Source of the DNA: a virus
Lineage: Duplodnaviria > Caudoviricetes
DNA length: 64,000 nt
Strand: one strand, 5' to 3'
Virus record (IMG/VR): IMGVR_UViG_3300037722_001090
The notes under the pieces are model-generated. The model was not told where the DNA came from, searched no databases, and was given only the letters and a program-made list of their open reading frames with translations. Both the position numbers and the translations under genes were made by a program. Of this stretch, positions 45,669 through 56,358 are shown in pieces. The first letter of the stretch is position 1. Each line of letters begins with the position of its first letter.

Positions 45669-46415
45669 ATGGCATATATTCCAAAGAAATTTGCTCCAGG
45701 TGCTGTAAGCGCATTTAATGAAAATAGAGCGGTATTTAAAGGTATGGGCATTAACGACATGTCCCAATTAAATGCAAAATATTTCTCACACGTAAAACCA
45801 GTTAAAGAAAATACCGGAGCTATAGGTGCAGACAGATTACTAAATATTATTAATGGATCATCGCATACTAATGCATCTGGTGCGGCATCAACAGTAGCTC
45901 CAGTTAATGCACCTCGCGTAAATAAGTTTCTAGGCGATAAAGCTAAGAATGTTACAGGCCCAAGGTCACTTGGTGGCTATGCAAGATTAGCTAAGTCAGC
46001 TTTTGGTAAAAGCTTTAAAGGCGGCACTAGTGCAACTCCATTCAATAGTGCATTTACAGGACGCGTATGGATGGGTGCTGCAGCAGGGGCAATAGGTTCA
46101 ATGACGTACTCGGCTGCTGGCATGGGAGTTGGTCGAGAATACTCAGAAGGAAATGGAGTTATTAAGTCTGCCGCTAGAGGAGCAATGCTTGGTGCTACAT
46201 TTGGAGCGATGGGTGTAATGGGTAAAACTATTAGTAATAGCCCACAACTTAGAAAAGCTGGCTATGGCTCAGTTGGTGCAGCCGGTAGAATGACTAGAAG
46301 CTGGGCTGATAGTAGTGTTATGTCTGGAATGATGTATGGATATATTGGACTTACATCTGGTCAGTCTTCATTTACATCTGCAGTAAATAAAGTGAATAAA
46401 AGCGGGAACTATTAA
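45669..46415 (+). CDS. Gly/Ala-rich basic protein with glycine-zipper segments
   Basis: GAAAGAIG, GAMLGATFGAMG. Confidence 0.7.
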   Translation: MAYIPKKFAPGAVSAFNENRAVFKGMGINDMSQLNAKYFSHVKPVKENTGAIGADRLLNIINGSSHTNASGAASTVAPVNAPRVNKFLGDKAKNVTGPRSLGGYARLAKSAFGKSFKGGTSATPFNSAFTGRVWMGAAAGAIGSMTYSAAGMGVGREYSEGNGVIKSAARGAMLGATFGAMGVMGKTISNSPQLRKAGYGSVGAAGRMTRSWADSSVMSGMMYGYIGLTSGQSSFTSAVNKVNKSGNY

Positions 46416-46417
46416 TT

Positions 46418-48247
46418 ATGAGATTAGACCATCCCAGATTTAAAGATCCTCAATGCCAAGCATGTATCGCTAGAGCTAAGAAGAAATATGGTAAGTTTGC
46501 TATACCATGTAGTGGTATAACTATCGATAAGGACGTTGCTTTTGCTATTAAGAATGGTATGTCTGAAGAAGACGCTAGATATATGTACGACCCTTCTTAT
46601 TTCTTTAAAGAAAGTTATAGATCTGAAGCCAGAGAGTATCAGATACCAATATTAAGGTGTACTAGCCGAAACTTAGTAGCAAGACAATGTAGGCAGACAG
46701 GTAAGACACTAGCTTTTGTAAATAAGATCCTACATTATGTAGGTACTAATGATGATAAGACAGTTCTTATTATTACTCCGCAAGAGAAGCAGATTAAAAA
46801 AATCTGGGATGAGTATATTTTCCGTGATGGTATTGACAAAAATAAAAAATTAAAAGACTCAGTAGTTAGTAAAAGAGAGAAACCATACTATCAAGTAACT
46901 TTTGATAATGGATCTAGAATCTTGCTAATGATCGCCGGCCCAGGTGTCCGTGGACAGACTGCTGACTGGATTTATATTGATGAAGCTGCAATAGTACCAA
47001 ATGATACACTAAAAGATATTTTAATGACAATTGCATCTAGAGGTGATGATGCTACTATCCTTCTAACCTCCACACCTAAAGGTAGAGGTAATGTGTTTTA
47101 TGATGCATGTAAAGAAGATCCATCATTTAATGAGTATCACGTATCAATTGACGATGTACCTGAAATGCATGGACAGATATCTAGATTTAAGAAGCTATTA
47201 GGTGAAACAGGATATATACAAGAAGCACTTGCTGAATTTCCTGCTACCTCAGGTGGTCCATTTAACTTAAATGGTATTACCTTAGCTAAAGATGAGTACG
47301 AATATGAAGACTGCTTTAGAGAACCGGGGTTAATTTACTTTGGTGGCGTAGACTGGAACGGACCAGGTATTGGTACGTATTTCTACATAATTGCATTTGA
47401 TCCTAATCGTACAACACTTAAAATAGTAGACAAGCAAGTAGTTGCTTCTGCTAACTGGAATAGTACAGTAGCAAAGAATTGTTTAATTGAACTTAATAGG
47501 AAATGGGAACCAAAGCACTGGATGTGTGACTACGGATATTCTCAATCACTAATTGAAGAGATTAGACGATACTCAATGCAAGTACAGGCACCAAAAGGAC
47601 ACCCAGATCTAGTAATTAAGCATATTATAGAGACTGTTGCCTTCGGATCAACACTATTAGTAGAGGATCCATTTACTAAAGAAGAAGTTAAGAAAACAGC
47701 AAGGTCATTCATAGTATCACAGGTTGCAAGACTATTTGAACCAAGAGGTGCTGAAGGTGAAGAATGGGTACCATTACGCTTCTCAGCTAGTGATAGTGAG
47801 CTAATTAAATCACTAGAAGTATATAAGTTGTTGCAGATTACTACTACAGGACAAGATAAGTACGGAATAGACCCAAAAGATGGAGTAGAAGACCATGCAG
47901 TTGACGCCTTTATTCTTGCTTGTTATGGTGTAATAAAGTACTATAATGAGTTATTTAAAAGAATAATATATGCATCTGTAGGCTTTAATGCAGAGTCTAT
48001 TTTAGTGCCTCCTCCAGAACCTGAACATGATAATAAAATCATAGCAGGAGGAATCATTTTATTAACAGATAATAGTCCAGAACTGATATACTTGGATGAT
48101 AGTAAAATTAAAGATCCAACTGAAATTAGAGAAATAATTATCTCTAGAACATTTTCAAAGAGCATGAAAAAAAGGTGCTATACCCAAGGAAACTTTTCTG
48201 GTATTATGAAGGGTAGAGGCGGATTAGTTAGAAGAACTAATTTCTAA
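46418..48247 (+). CDS. terL: terminase large subunit
   Basis: CRQTGKT Walker A, PGVRGQTAD.IYIDEAA Walker B, STPKG, GVDWN nuclease, DHAVDA. Confidence 0.93.
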   Translation: MRLDHPRFKDPQCQACIARAKKKYGKFAIPCSGITIDKDVAFAIKNGMSEEDARYMYDPSYFFKESYRSEAREYQIPILRCTSRNLVARQCRQTGKTLAFVNKILHYVGTNDDKTVLIITPQEKQIKKIWDEYIFRDGIDKNKKLKDSVVSKREKPYYQVTFDNGSRILLMIAGPGVRGQTADWIYIDEAAIVPNDTLKDILMTIASRGDDATILLTSTPKGRGNVFYDACKEDPSFNEYHVSIDDVPEMHGQISRFKKLLGETGYIQEALAEFPATSGGPFNLNGITLAKDEYEYEDCFREPGLIYFGGVDWNGPGIGTYFYIIAFDPNRTTLKIVDKQVVASANWNSTVAKNCLIELNRKWEPKHWMCDYGYSQSLIEEIRRYSMQVQAPKGHPDLVIKHIIETVAFGSTLLVEDPFTKEEVKKTARSFIVSQVARLFEPRGAEGEEWVPLRFSASDSELIKSLEVYKLLQITTTGQDKYGIDPKDGVEDHAVDAFILACYGVIKYYNELFKRIIYASVGFNAESILVPPPEPEHDNKIIAGGIILLTDNSPELIYLDDSKIKDPTEIREIIISRTFSKSMKKRCYTQGNFSGIMKGRGGLVRRTNF

Positions 48248-48260
48248 GGAAGAGGTTATA

Positions 48261-49283
48261 ATGAGTACACTTGAACTGTATCAGGAACAAGTACCATTCT
48301 CAAACAAGAGACTGGACAGAAAGATTAGCGCTAATAACGCATACACAAACCCGGTAGTAATACCATTCGCATTTGATTTTACATCTGCGCTTAATACTCT
48401 AGAATGTGTTATTTATGTTAAAAACACATCTCTTGAATATAGATATGAGAATATTGTAGTATCTTTAATCGAAGACGAAGGAAATGGTACGTTGCCAGCA
48501 CATGCAACTATTTCTGATAGTACAATCGTATTACTTGATCAACTAATAACAGATACTATATCTGATACAATTATACCATTAGGCAATATAGACGCTTTTT
48601 TTTATACATCTAAGTTCATTGACCTAGGTGGAGTATTAGATGTCGGTAGAAATAATATTTTAGTTAAGCATATATCAGATGTATTCTGGAGCATTATAGG
48701 TAAATATACTTCAGTATCCTATTTCGATGGAATCGCCACGTCATATACATATGGTCCTGGGTATCCTTCAGTTTTAAACACATTGAATTCTATCGATATG
48801 CAAGCAGTGAATAGTCAATTAACTATAAAAGCTATTGCTCCAGGAAGACTTGTGCTTTCTGAGAATGGAGAAGGTAGAACTAATATAACTATTAATGACA
48901 CAGTCGTAACAGCATCTTACCCTGATCATCAAGTAGGTTTAAATTACGGTGAGTCAGCTATTCTTATTAGTGACCCTGAAGTGTCACAGAACGGATATTA
49001 CGATAGCTATAAGCCTATTAATAGCGATAATACTAAACTAGACGTAAGATTTAGTTATGGATATGACGAAATAAGCAGTGTTGAGTGGGAATCTAAAGGA
49101 AATGCTCTTATTATACCTTATATTGGGAAAGGACCTGTAGATGGAGCACTAACTGGTACCCCTGATACAGCATACCACCCAATAAGAATGCGCATTACAT
49201 GGAAAGACAGAACAGAGCTTTTTACGGTAAGAGATTACTTTATTGATGTATCTTATCAGAGCAAACTAGATATTGGAGCTTAA
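48261..49283 (+). CDS. putative virion structural protein
   Basis: Beta-rich, in the morphogenesis operon. Confidence 0.6.
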   Translation: MSTLELYQEQVPFSNKRLDRKISANNAYTNPVVIPFAFDFTSALNTLECVIYVKNTSLEYRYENIVVSLIEDEGNGTLPAHATISDSTIVLLDQLITDTISDTIIPLGNIDAFFYTSKFIDLGGVLDVGRNNILVKHISDVFWSIIGKYTSVSYFDGIATSYTYGPGYPSVLNTLNSIDMQAVNSQLTIKAIAPGRLVLSENGEGRTNITINDTVVTASYPDHQVGLNYGESAILISDPEVSQNGYYDSYKPINSDNTKLDVRFSYGYDEISSVEWESKGNALIIPYIGKGPVDGALTGTPDTAYHPIRMRITWKDRTELFTVRDYFIDVSYQSKLDIGA

Positions 49284-49285
49284 TA

Positions 49286-49663
49286 ATGAGTCAGTTCAAT
49301 AGACAGTCAGTAGACTATAGGCCAAAACCTATTACATCTGCAGATATATCACTACTTAAAAATCCTGTATCTAAATCAATGGAGTCATCAGTTGCTATTG
49401 CAAAGAAATTCATTAAGCACTTAGATGCAGTTAAGGAATATAGAGATAGAATTGATGCAGTTAACTATCTAATTGATCAAGCAGAGCAACTTGCAGGTAA
49501 TGTGAGAATTGATGTTAAGGATGAGTCTATTCAGACTGCCATTAAGGCACTTGGTGGATCAGGCAAGTATATTGATTTTGACTTATTTAAAAAAGCTGTA
49601 GAGGTCATGGATACTGCCTATGCAGAGCTAGCACTTATAGAGTTTACGGGAGTAAGAAAATGA
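49286..49663 (+). CDS. hypothetical protein
   Basis: Operonic ORF. Confidence 0.7.
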   Translation: MSQFNRQSVDYRPKPITSADISLLKNPVSKSMESSVAIAKKFIKHLDAVKEYRDRIDAVNYLIDQAEQLAGNVRIDVKDESIQTAIKALGGSGKYIDFDLFKKAVEVMDTAYAELALIEFTGVRK

Positions 49664-50031
49664 GTATAGATATGGCCAGTGCAACACAGTCAGCTACAGC
49701 TCTTCTTGCCAATAGTAGTCTTGCAGGAAGTGCACCAGGCATACCAAGTAAGGCTAGTTGGCGTACACAGATTATTGGTGCATATGACTTAATGTTTCCT
49801 AGTATGCATTTAGATATACCTACGAGAGATGAGGTATTAGTAGCAATTCAAAGTACAATATCTGTACATCATGCTACTACTCCACATTTTGGCTCAGGTA
49901 GCTTCCCTGGTGGCGCAACAAATGCAATACCAACTATTATAAGCCCAGTAACAGCACCTGGTGGCCCTGCTCTTGTAAGGGCTATAGGTGATAATGTTAT
50001 GACTAGCGGATATGGAATAGGAGGCATCTAA
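49660..50031 (+). CDS. hypothetical protein
   Basis: Operonic ORF. Confidence 0.7.
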   Translation: MSIDMASATQSATALLANSSLAGSAPGIPSKASWRTQIIGAYDLMFPSMHLDIPTRDEVLVAIQSTISVHHATTPHFGSGSFPGGATNAIPTIISPVTAPGGPALVRAIGDNVMTSGYGIGGI

Positions 50032-50219
50032 TGTTAAGCGAAAAGGTAATTAGTGCAAAAAAGGTAATGGAACACTATATTGACAAGATGCATGACATGG
50101 GAACAAAAGAATCTGTTTTTTCTGCTCAATATGCTAATTTACATGTATTACGATTTAGAATTCAGAGTGTTTTAAATTCACTAGAGAGTTATAATCTAGA
50201 GGTTAAAGTTAATGAGTAA
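50031..50219 (+). CDS. hypothetical protein
   Basis: Coupled ORF. Confidence 0.6.
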   Translation: MLSEKVISAKKVMEHYIDKMHDMGTKESVFSAQYANLHVLRFRIQSVLNSLESYNLEVKVNE

Positions 50220-51783
50220 TATATCAGACTTTACAAGTAAACAATCCTATACAACCGTATTAGATCAAATAAGCGGTGGATGGAATATTGACTTAATAAT
50301 TAATGAAAACAATCTAGAGCTAAGAGATGCTACAGCTCAGTTTAGTGGTACTGATGAAAGAGCTAGCTTAAAAGTAGTTGAGGTTACAGGCACAGATAGT
50401 ACTGGTAGAGAAATAATTAGAGATGCTGCATTCCCTGCCTCAGGGATAACAACTGCAATTAGAGAGGCAGCAGGATCAATAGACAGTACAGTTGTAAGCA
50501 TGCTAACTAAGGAAGATGGCTTTATTCAAGTAGTAAATGCTCCTAGAGTTGAGGTTAAGTCTTATTTAGCTGCAACGACAATTGCATTAGACAGTATGTT
50601 AGATATTGGTAAAGAATTTGATGATCTAATTAAAGATAATGTAATTATGCAGCAATTCCATATAAAAGGCTCTGATATTCTTTGTTCTTTATTTTGTGTT
50701 ATAGTAAGTCAATTAGAATGTGAAACAAGAAACAATTTATATAAAAGTATTAACAGTACTCAAAATAGACTATATGGTCTTGAAAAAATGGCAGCTGCAA
50801 CCAATGAATATGTTAATACTGCAAATTCGACACTTGTAGGCTTAGACACAATAGCTTTTGCAACAAAACAATTATTTACAAGCAATCCTATTAATACAGT
50901 ATTTGGCCAGCAAGATACAGGAATAAGTGCCTTAGCAGGAGGTGCGATACTAGCATCAGCCAAGAATAGTATAGAAAATATTACAGTAGTTTTTGAAAAT
51001 TGCATCAAAGTAATCAATAGCGGTAAGATATCTGGTAGCTTAAATGTAAGTAGTAGTATTTGGGACCTAGCTAAGAATATTATATTTGCCTTACAATCAC
51101 AAGCAGTACAACTAGCAGATGAGACACTTAGTAAAGTAATTGACCCTATAGAAGAGCAAATTAAGGACTGGGTGCCAACAGAATGTGGAACTAGGGGTTA
51201 TGCTTGGCAATTCTTTAAAAAGATAATAGACGGACTATCTAGAGAGAAACAATGGATACTACAGCAAATACAAGATCTATTTACTTCTGGTACAGATTTT
51301 GCTGATAACCATCGTAATTTTACAGCAGGGTCTATGAGCATACTAGAGATAGAGGCATTTTTACTAGCTTTGAAAATGATTTCTTTTAGATTTGGAGATT
51401 TAGCTATAGCATGCGGAATTCAGCCATGTAGTGAAGATGCATTAACGGCACAAGGAACAAGAGTTGCACAGGCGATTAAGACGGGGAATACTACATCTTC
51501 TCCTCCTCTTGGATCATTATCCGTAATTAACACTATACCTACTAGACAAAACACAACAAATATTGATGAGATTGCAGATTCTTTTGCAGGAATCATAGAC
51601 TTAAGTAAAGATAATGTGATAGTTGATAAAAATTCTATATCGACCGTATACTCTTTAGGTAATATGCCTGTAAAAATTAAAGAACTTATGGACCTGAATT
51701 CTCTTGGATCAAATTATGGCGTTTTCGATGATGGCAATGAGACAAAAGTAGTATATACATTTAATCGCATGTGCGGAGTATAA
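50212..51783 (+). CDS. putative virion protein
   Basis: 523 aa, directly upstream of the portal. Confidence 0.6.
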   Translation: MSNISDFTSKQSYTTVLDQISGGWNIDLIINENNLELRDATAQFSGTDERASLKVVEVTGTDSTGREIIRDAAFPASGITTAIREAAGSIDSTVVSMLTKEDGFIQVVNAPRVEVKSYLAATTIALDSMLDIGKEFDDLIKDNVIMQQFHIKGSDILCSLFCVIVSQLECETRNNLYKSINSTQNRLYGLEKMAAATNEYVNTANSTLVGLDTIAFATKQLFTSNPINTVFGQQDTGISALAGGAILASAKNSIENITVVFENCIKVINSGKISGSLNVSSSIWDLAKNIIFALQSQAVQLADETLSKVIDPIEEQIKDWVPTECGTRGYAWQFFKKIIDGLSREKQWILQQIQDLFTSGTDFADNHRNFTAGSMSILEIEAFLLALKMISFRFGDLAIACGIQPCSEDALTAQGTRVAQAIKTGNTTSSPPLGSLSVINTIPTRQNTTNIDEIADSFAGIIDLSKDNVIVDKNSISTVYSLGNMPVKIKELMDLNSLGSNYGVFDDGNETKVVYTFNRMCGV

Positions 51784-53966
51784 TAATGAATGGACTAAAT
51801 ATAAGCCCTACAAGACAGCAATTCAGAACAGCTTCTAGATTTCTTAATTTAGTAGATGAGACTAAATCAATTGTCCCTGTAACAGGTGCAGCTGTGATGG
51901 TATCTAGATTAGCTAAGAACATTAAAACAATAAAAGCACCAGTAACTAGATTCTTTGAATCTCCCTCACAAATACATAGCCCCATAGCTGCTGAATATGA
52001 CTTAATTTCAGTATTTAAACTATTGAAATACGAGCCTTACTTTTTAAAGTCAGCACAAAAAAAACAAGGACTTCTTGTTAAGTCCGGCTTCGCTATCAGT
52101 AGTGATAGCGATAAGGTTAAGGAGTATTTTGATTCAAGATTTAAATACATGTTTCTTCAAACTGGCAAGTCATTAAGAGAGATTATACACCAACTAGCAT
52201 ATTATTTAATTGTATGTAGTAATGCATTCTTAGTTAAGGTAAGAGACAAAGATTTTGAACATGCTCAGTCATATAGTCTAGATGGACGAGAAATGCATCC
52301 TGTTGTAGGACTATTTCTGGCTCATCCAACAAGCATGAAGCCTAGGTTTAAGACCGTTAAGACTAAAAAGAACTATATGCTTGTTATAGATAAATGGGTT
52401 CATTTTAACTCTAGAGGAGAAGTAGCAGAGTTTGATCCAAAAGATGTTGCTCACTTTACTTTATATAAAGAGGACGGCATGATATTTGGAATGCCTGAAG
52501 TACATCCAGTTATTGACGACATTAGAACCTTAAGAAAAATTGAAGAGGACGTACAGCTACTAATATATAGAGACTTATTTCCTATTATACATTATACAAT
52601 TGAAAACCCTGTATCTATAGACCATAAAAACGGTGAGACAGAACTTGATAGAGCAAGGTATGATATGGAAAAGATCATACAAGATGGCGGAATTGCAACT
52701 GATGCTAGACATGAAATTAAGTTTGTAGGTAATGAACATAAGGGTATTGATGCTAAACCTTACTTAGAATACTTCCAGTCACGTGTATTTACTGGATTAG
52801 GAGTATCTATGGCAGACATGGGTATGGGACAAGACATTAGCGGATCTACAGCATCATCTATGTCTAAGCAACTAACAGACGCAGTAAGGTATGTACAACA
52901 GGAACTTGCTCAGCAGTTTAACGAAATGGTTCTAACTGAAATGGCATTACAGTCACCTTTCGGTATAGATATTATGCGAGATGAAGAAATTCCTACTCTT
53001 GAGTTTAATGAAACTGACATTGAATGGAAGATTAGACAAGAAAACCATGAAGCTGATCTTTTTACTAAGAACGTTATTACTATTGACGAAGCAAGATATA
53101 AGCTTGGCAAGAATGAGTTATCAGACGAACAACTTAAGCGCACATATCAGGGTCTTGTTGGTCAGATGGAAATTGATCAACAAACAGAATCTGGTGAGCA
53201 TATGGCTAAGGTTTCTGCTTCTGCAGCTCCACAAACAGTTAAGACGTCTACTGGTGGCACCAAGGTAATTAAAGGAGTGCAACCATCAGGGACTTGGAAC
53301 AATCCTACATCTACCGGTATCAATAAAGGAAAGAGTGCTGCAGATAGAGATCCTATTAAGTCAGCTAAGTCTAACTCTAATATAGTTAAGTCAGTTAGAG
53401 ATGCCGAAGATGGCATTTCAACACAAGATATGTTCCGAGAGGCTATTGGCTCTATTTTATCTAATGAGAATAAGAGCAAGAAGAAGTTAGACTTAATATT
53501 TGCAACAAAAGCTGTATATGACTCCATTAAGAGCGATATGGTGGACTCATTTCATGAAGGAGTACGTACAGCAATGAGTGACATGAAGTCTATACTTACA
53601 GATAATTACAAGCCAGATATGCATATAGCTCATAATATATTTGAGAAGATTGACAGATTACGCGATCAGATCGTTGATAAGCTTAGTAAGAATCATGATT
53701 ACCTTAACATTGCTGCTGCTCGTGTAGCCTCTGCTGAAAAGACAGAGAAAACTAGAGCATATAATTACGGATATATGCTTACTTGCGTTAATAACAATAA
53801 GAATGAGTTTGTAATCTACTCTGAATACGAAGACGTTGCACTTGATAGCATAGAACATATTGGTAGAGAAGTTACTATAGATAAGAAGATAGTGCTTAGT
53901 GCTATTCCTCCATTTAGATCAAATTCCAGATTAAAGCTTAAAATTAAGGAGACGGTAAATGTCTGA
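51771..53966 (+). CDS. portal protein
   Basis: DVAHFTL...FGMPEVHPVIDD, F.GLGVS...MG pattern; position between terL and protease/capsid. Confidence 0.8.
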   Translation: MRSIIMNGLNISPTRQQFRTASRFLNLVDETKSIVPVTGAAVMVSRLAKNIKTIKAPVTRFFESPSQIHSPIAAEYDLISVFKLLKYEPYFLKSAQKKQGLLVKSGFAISSDSDKVKEYFDSRFKYMFLQTGKSLREIIHQLAYYLIVCSNAFLVKVRDKDFEHAQSYSLDGREMHPVVGLFLAHPTSMKPRFKTVKTKKNYMLVIDKWVHFNSRGEVAEFDPKDVAHFTLYKEDGMIFGMPEVHPVIDDIRTLRKIEEDVQLLIYRDLFPIIHYTIENPVSIDHKNGETELDRARYDMEKIIQDGGIATDARHEIKFVGNEHKGIDAKPYLEYFQSRVFTGLGVSMADMGMGQDISGSTASSMSKQLTDAVRYVQQELAQQFNEMVLTEMALQSPFGIDIMRDEEIPTLEFNETDIEWKIRQENHEADLFTKNVITIDEARYKLGKNELSDEQLKRTYQGLVGQMEIDQQTESGEHMAKVSASAAPQTVKTSTGGTKVIKGVQPSGTWNNPTSTGINKGKSAADRDPIKSAKSNSNIVKSVRDAEDGISTQDMFREAIGSILSNENKSKKKLDLIFATKAVYDSIKSDMVDSFHEGVRTAMSDMKSILTDNYKPDMHIAHNIFEKIDRLRDQIVDKLSKNHDYLNIAAARVASAEKTEKTRAYNYGYMLTCVNNNKNEFVIYSEYEDVALDSIEHIGREVTIDKKIVLSAIPPFRSNSRLKLKIKETVNV

Positions 53967-54327
53967 AAAGAAGAAGCGTGTAAGTAAAAAATTAAAAGAA
54001 TCTCAACCAGAAGAGGTAGTTATTGCACTAGAATCTACTGAGATGCTTGTACTTGACGAAGTTGTCGTAGTAGAAGAGGAAGTAATTGCTGAAGCTATTG
54101 AGTCTCTAGTTATTACTGAGCCTGAAGTTATTATTTCTACTATTAAAGAGACAGTACAAAGAGTATTTAGCAGAGGAGATGTTGTTACATTAAAAGATCT
54201 TCAGGGACACTTTGTAGGGCTTAATGGTAAAAGTGCAAGAATCCTTGCAATTAAAGACAATGCAGTTACGGTATCATCTAATGGACGTAGATATGCTGTG
54301 TCTAAAGTTAATTTAGAGGTTAAGTAA
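53959..54327 (+). CDS. hypothetical protein with acidic N-terminus and SH3/KOW-like C-terminus
   Basis: FSRGDVVTL...GKSARILAI. Confidence 0.6.
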   Translation: MSEKKKRVSKKLKESQPEEVVIALESTEMLVLDEVVVVEEEVIAEAIESLVITEPEVIISTIKETVQRVFSRGDVVTLKDLQGHFVGLNGKSARILAIKDNAVTVSSNGRRYAVSKVNLEVK

Positions 54328-56330
54328 TGATACTAAGTAAGGATGCGATTGTACTATTTGAGCAATATCAGATAAACCTAACAGAATCCGTCCTTATTAA
54401 GATGGAAGATGCAATTAGGAAAGATCATGAACTGATCTTAACTATTGATGCTAGTCATTATGGTTTCCGTAACAACAATGGTACTGTTTATCGTCACGAC
54501 ACCATGATGAATGATGTGCAGTCTTTTGTATATCCTTCACCAAAACCCATTATCGAAAGACATAGGCCTGAAACATCGGCAATATTTGGTAATGTTATTG
54601 CTGCAGACTACAAACTTACCAAGTATCATAGTGATCTTTTATTAGATATTGATCTTGACGGACTAACCACTAACGAGTATATTGAGATGTGTAAGGATGA
54701 TATTCTTCCTCTTCAAAAAAGAGATAAGAAATTTAATGGACTTGCATATGTTCAAGTAATTGGTAAGCTAACTCACAAAGACGGAATACAAAAAGTACTT
54801 GATGGAGAGTTCCTTAGTGTATCTATTGGAGCTGCACCTAAAAGACTTATATGCTCTGAATGCTTACAGGATCAAGTACAAGGTATTTGTGAGCACTTTG
54901 TACATAAAGTAAGTGGTAGATTTATGCTTGCTGAATCTATTGAATATGAAGAGTTGTCATTTGTACCTAGACCAGCAGATCCTTTTGGTCGGGTTGTAAG
55001 AATCCATGATGGATTAATGGAAACACAGACTGTTGAACATGATATTAATATTTTAAATTCAGATATTGATGTAATGTATATCAAAGACTTCTTTAAAGAA
55101 GCCGAAGGTAAAACAATCGTATGTGTAGATAATATCTGCACAATAATTAACGAGGAGGAACAAGAAATGAAGAGAAAGAACCTTTCTCTTGCTGACGAGT
55201 TCTCTGCCGAGATCCTTAAGGTAGCACTTGAGAATGTTAAGCTTGAAGATGAAGAAAAGGATGTACTAGAGGAACTAAAACTTACTGATGATGTTGATGA
55301 GTGGACTTCTATGAAGTTTGCTATCGTTCAAAAGACTCAGGATGGTGAAGTTCGTCGCTTCCCACTTCATACCAAAACTAGCGTTCAGGCAGGACTAGCA
55401 CTTATCGACAAGGCAGAAGATCTAACTGAAGCAGAAATGAAAAAGGCAGTTTCTAAACTAGGTAAAGCAGCTAAGAAATTTGGCATTGAACTTGCAGACG
55501 AAACTACAGAAACACAAGAAACTACAGAAGAAGTAGTTGTAGATAAGGTAGCAGATACCGATTCCACCACTGAGGAGAGCACAGATGCTAGCGGGGGCTC
55601 AAAGCTTGATGCTCTCTTGGATGAATTGAAAGCTGAGCTTGTAAAAGAGCCAGTTGAAAACCTAGAAGACTCTGTTCCTGATCCTGCAAACCCTAAAAAA
55701 GATGCAGTAACTAGAATTTTTGACCTACTTAAATGGTATTCAGTTGATCAAGCTGTTGCAGCAAAATCTCTTAACTCTGGTATTTCTAGTTTTCTAGAAG
55801 AAGCAGGTAAGGAAGCAATCAGCAAAGGTCAGTATGACGAACTACAAGTTAAAGCATCAGGACTTGAAGACAGTGTTAAGTCACTAGAAGATGGCAAGGC
55901 TGATCTTGAAACTAAGTTCACGGAACTTACTAGTGAGGTAGAATCTTTAAGAGATGAATGTGAAATCCTAGAAGAAGCTAATAAAGATCTTAACTTTGAA
56001 CTACGTGCACATCTAGTAGATGAATTAGTAGCTAATAAGATCTCTCTTGGTATTCTTGAAGATGCAGAAGTTGAAACTACTAAAGCTGAACTTGCAAGAA
56101 TGCCTTACAGTGCAATTAAAATGCAAGTAGGTGATTCACGTAAACTTACAGCAAAACTTAAAGGTACAGTTAATAACACAATAGGTATCAAAACAGTAAC
56201 AGACCCCACACTTCAGGACCAAGATAATTCGGATAAAGGACAGTCGCCCACTGTTCTTAAAGATGAAGAAGCACCTAGGTTGTCTGAAGAACAAATAGCA
56301 AAAGGCATTGCTCGTCTCTTTTCGAGATAA
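54327..56330 (+). CDS. prohead protease fused to acidic coiled-coil scaffold
   Basis: IIERH, FLSVSIG, EELSFVPRPAD; coiled-coil C-terminus; between portal and capsid. Confidence 0.75.
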   Translation: MILSKDAIVLFEQYQINLTESVLIKMEDAIRKDHELILTIDASHYGFRNNNGTVYRHDTMMNDVQSFVYPSPKPIIERHRPETSAIFGNVIAADYKLTKYHSDLLLDIDLDGLTTNEYIEMCKDDILPLQKRDKKFNGLAYVQVIGKLTHKDGIQKVLDGEFLSVSIGAAPKRLICSECLQDQVQGICEHFVHKVSGRFMLAESIEYEELSFVPRPADPFGRVVRIHDGLMETQTVEHDINILNSDIDVMYIKDFFKEAEGKTIVCVDNICTIINEEEQEMKRKNLSLADEFSAEILKVALENVKLEDEEKDVLEELKLTDDVDEWTSMKFAIVQKTQDGEVRRFPLHTKTSVQAGLALIDKAEDLTEAEMKKAVSKLGKAAKKFGIELADETTETQETTEEVVVDKVADTDSTTEESTDASGGSKLDALLDELKAELVKEPVENLEDSVPDPANPKKDAVTRIFDLLKWYSVDQAVAAKSLNSGISSFLEEAGKEAISKGQYDELQVKASGLEDSVKSLEDGKADLETKFTELTSEVESLRDECEILEEANKDLNFELRAHLVDELVANKISLGILEDAEVETTKAELARMPYSAIKMQVGDSRKLTAKLKGTVNNTIGIKTVTDPTLQDQDNSDKGQSPTVLKDEEAPRLSEEQIAKGIARLFSR

Positions 56331-56358
56331 GCATAAATTTAACGGAGGTTAAATCACA

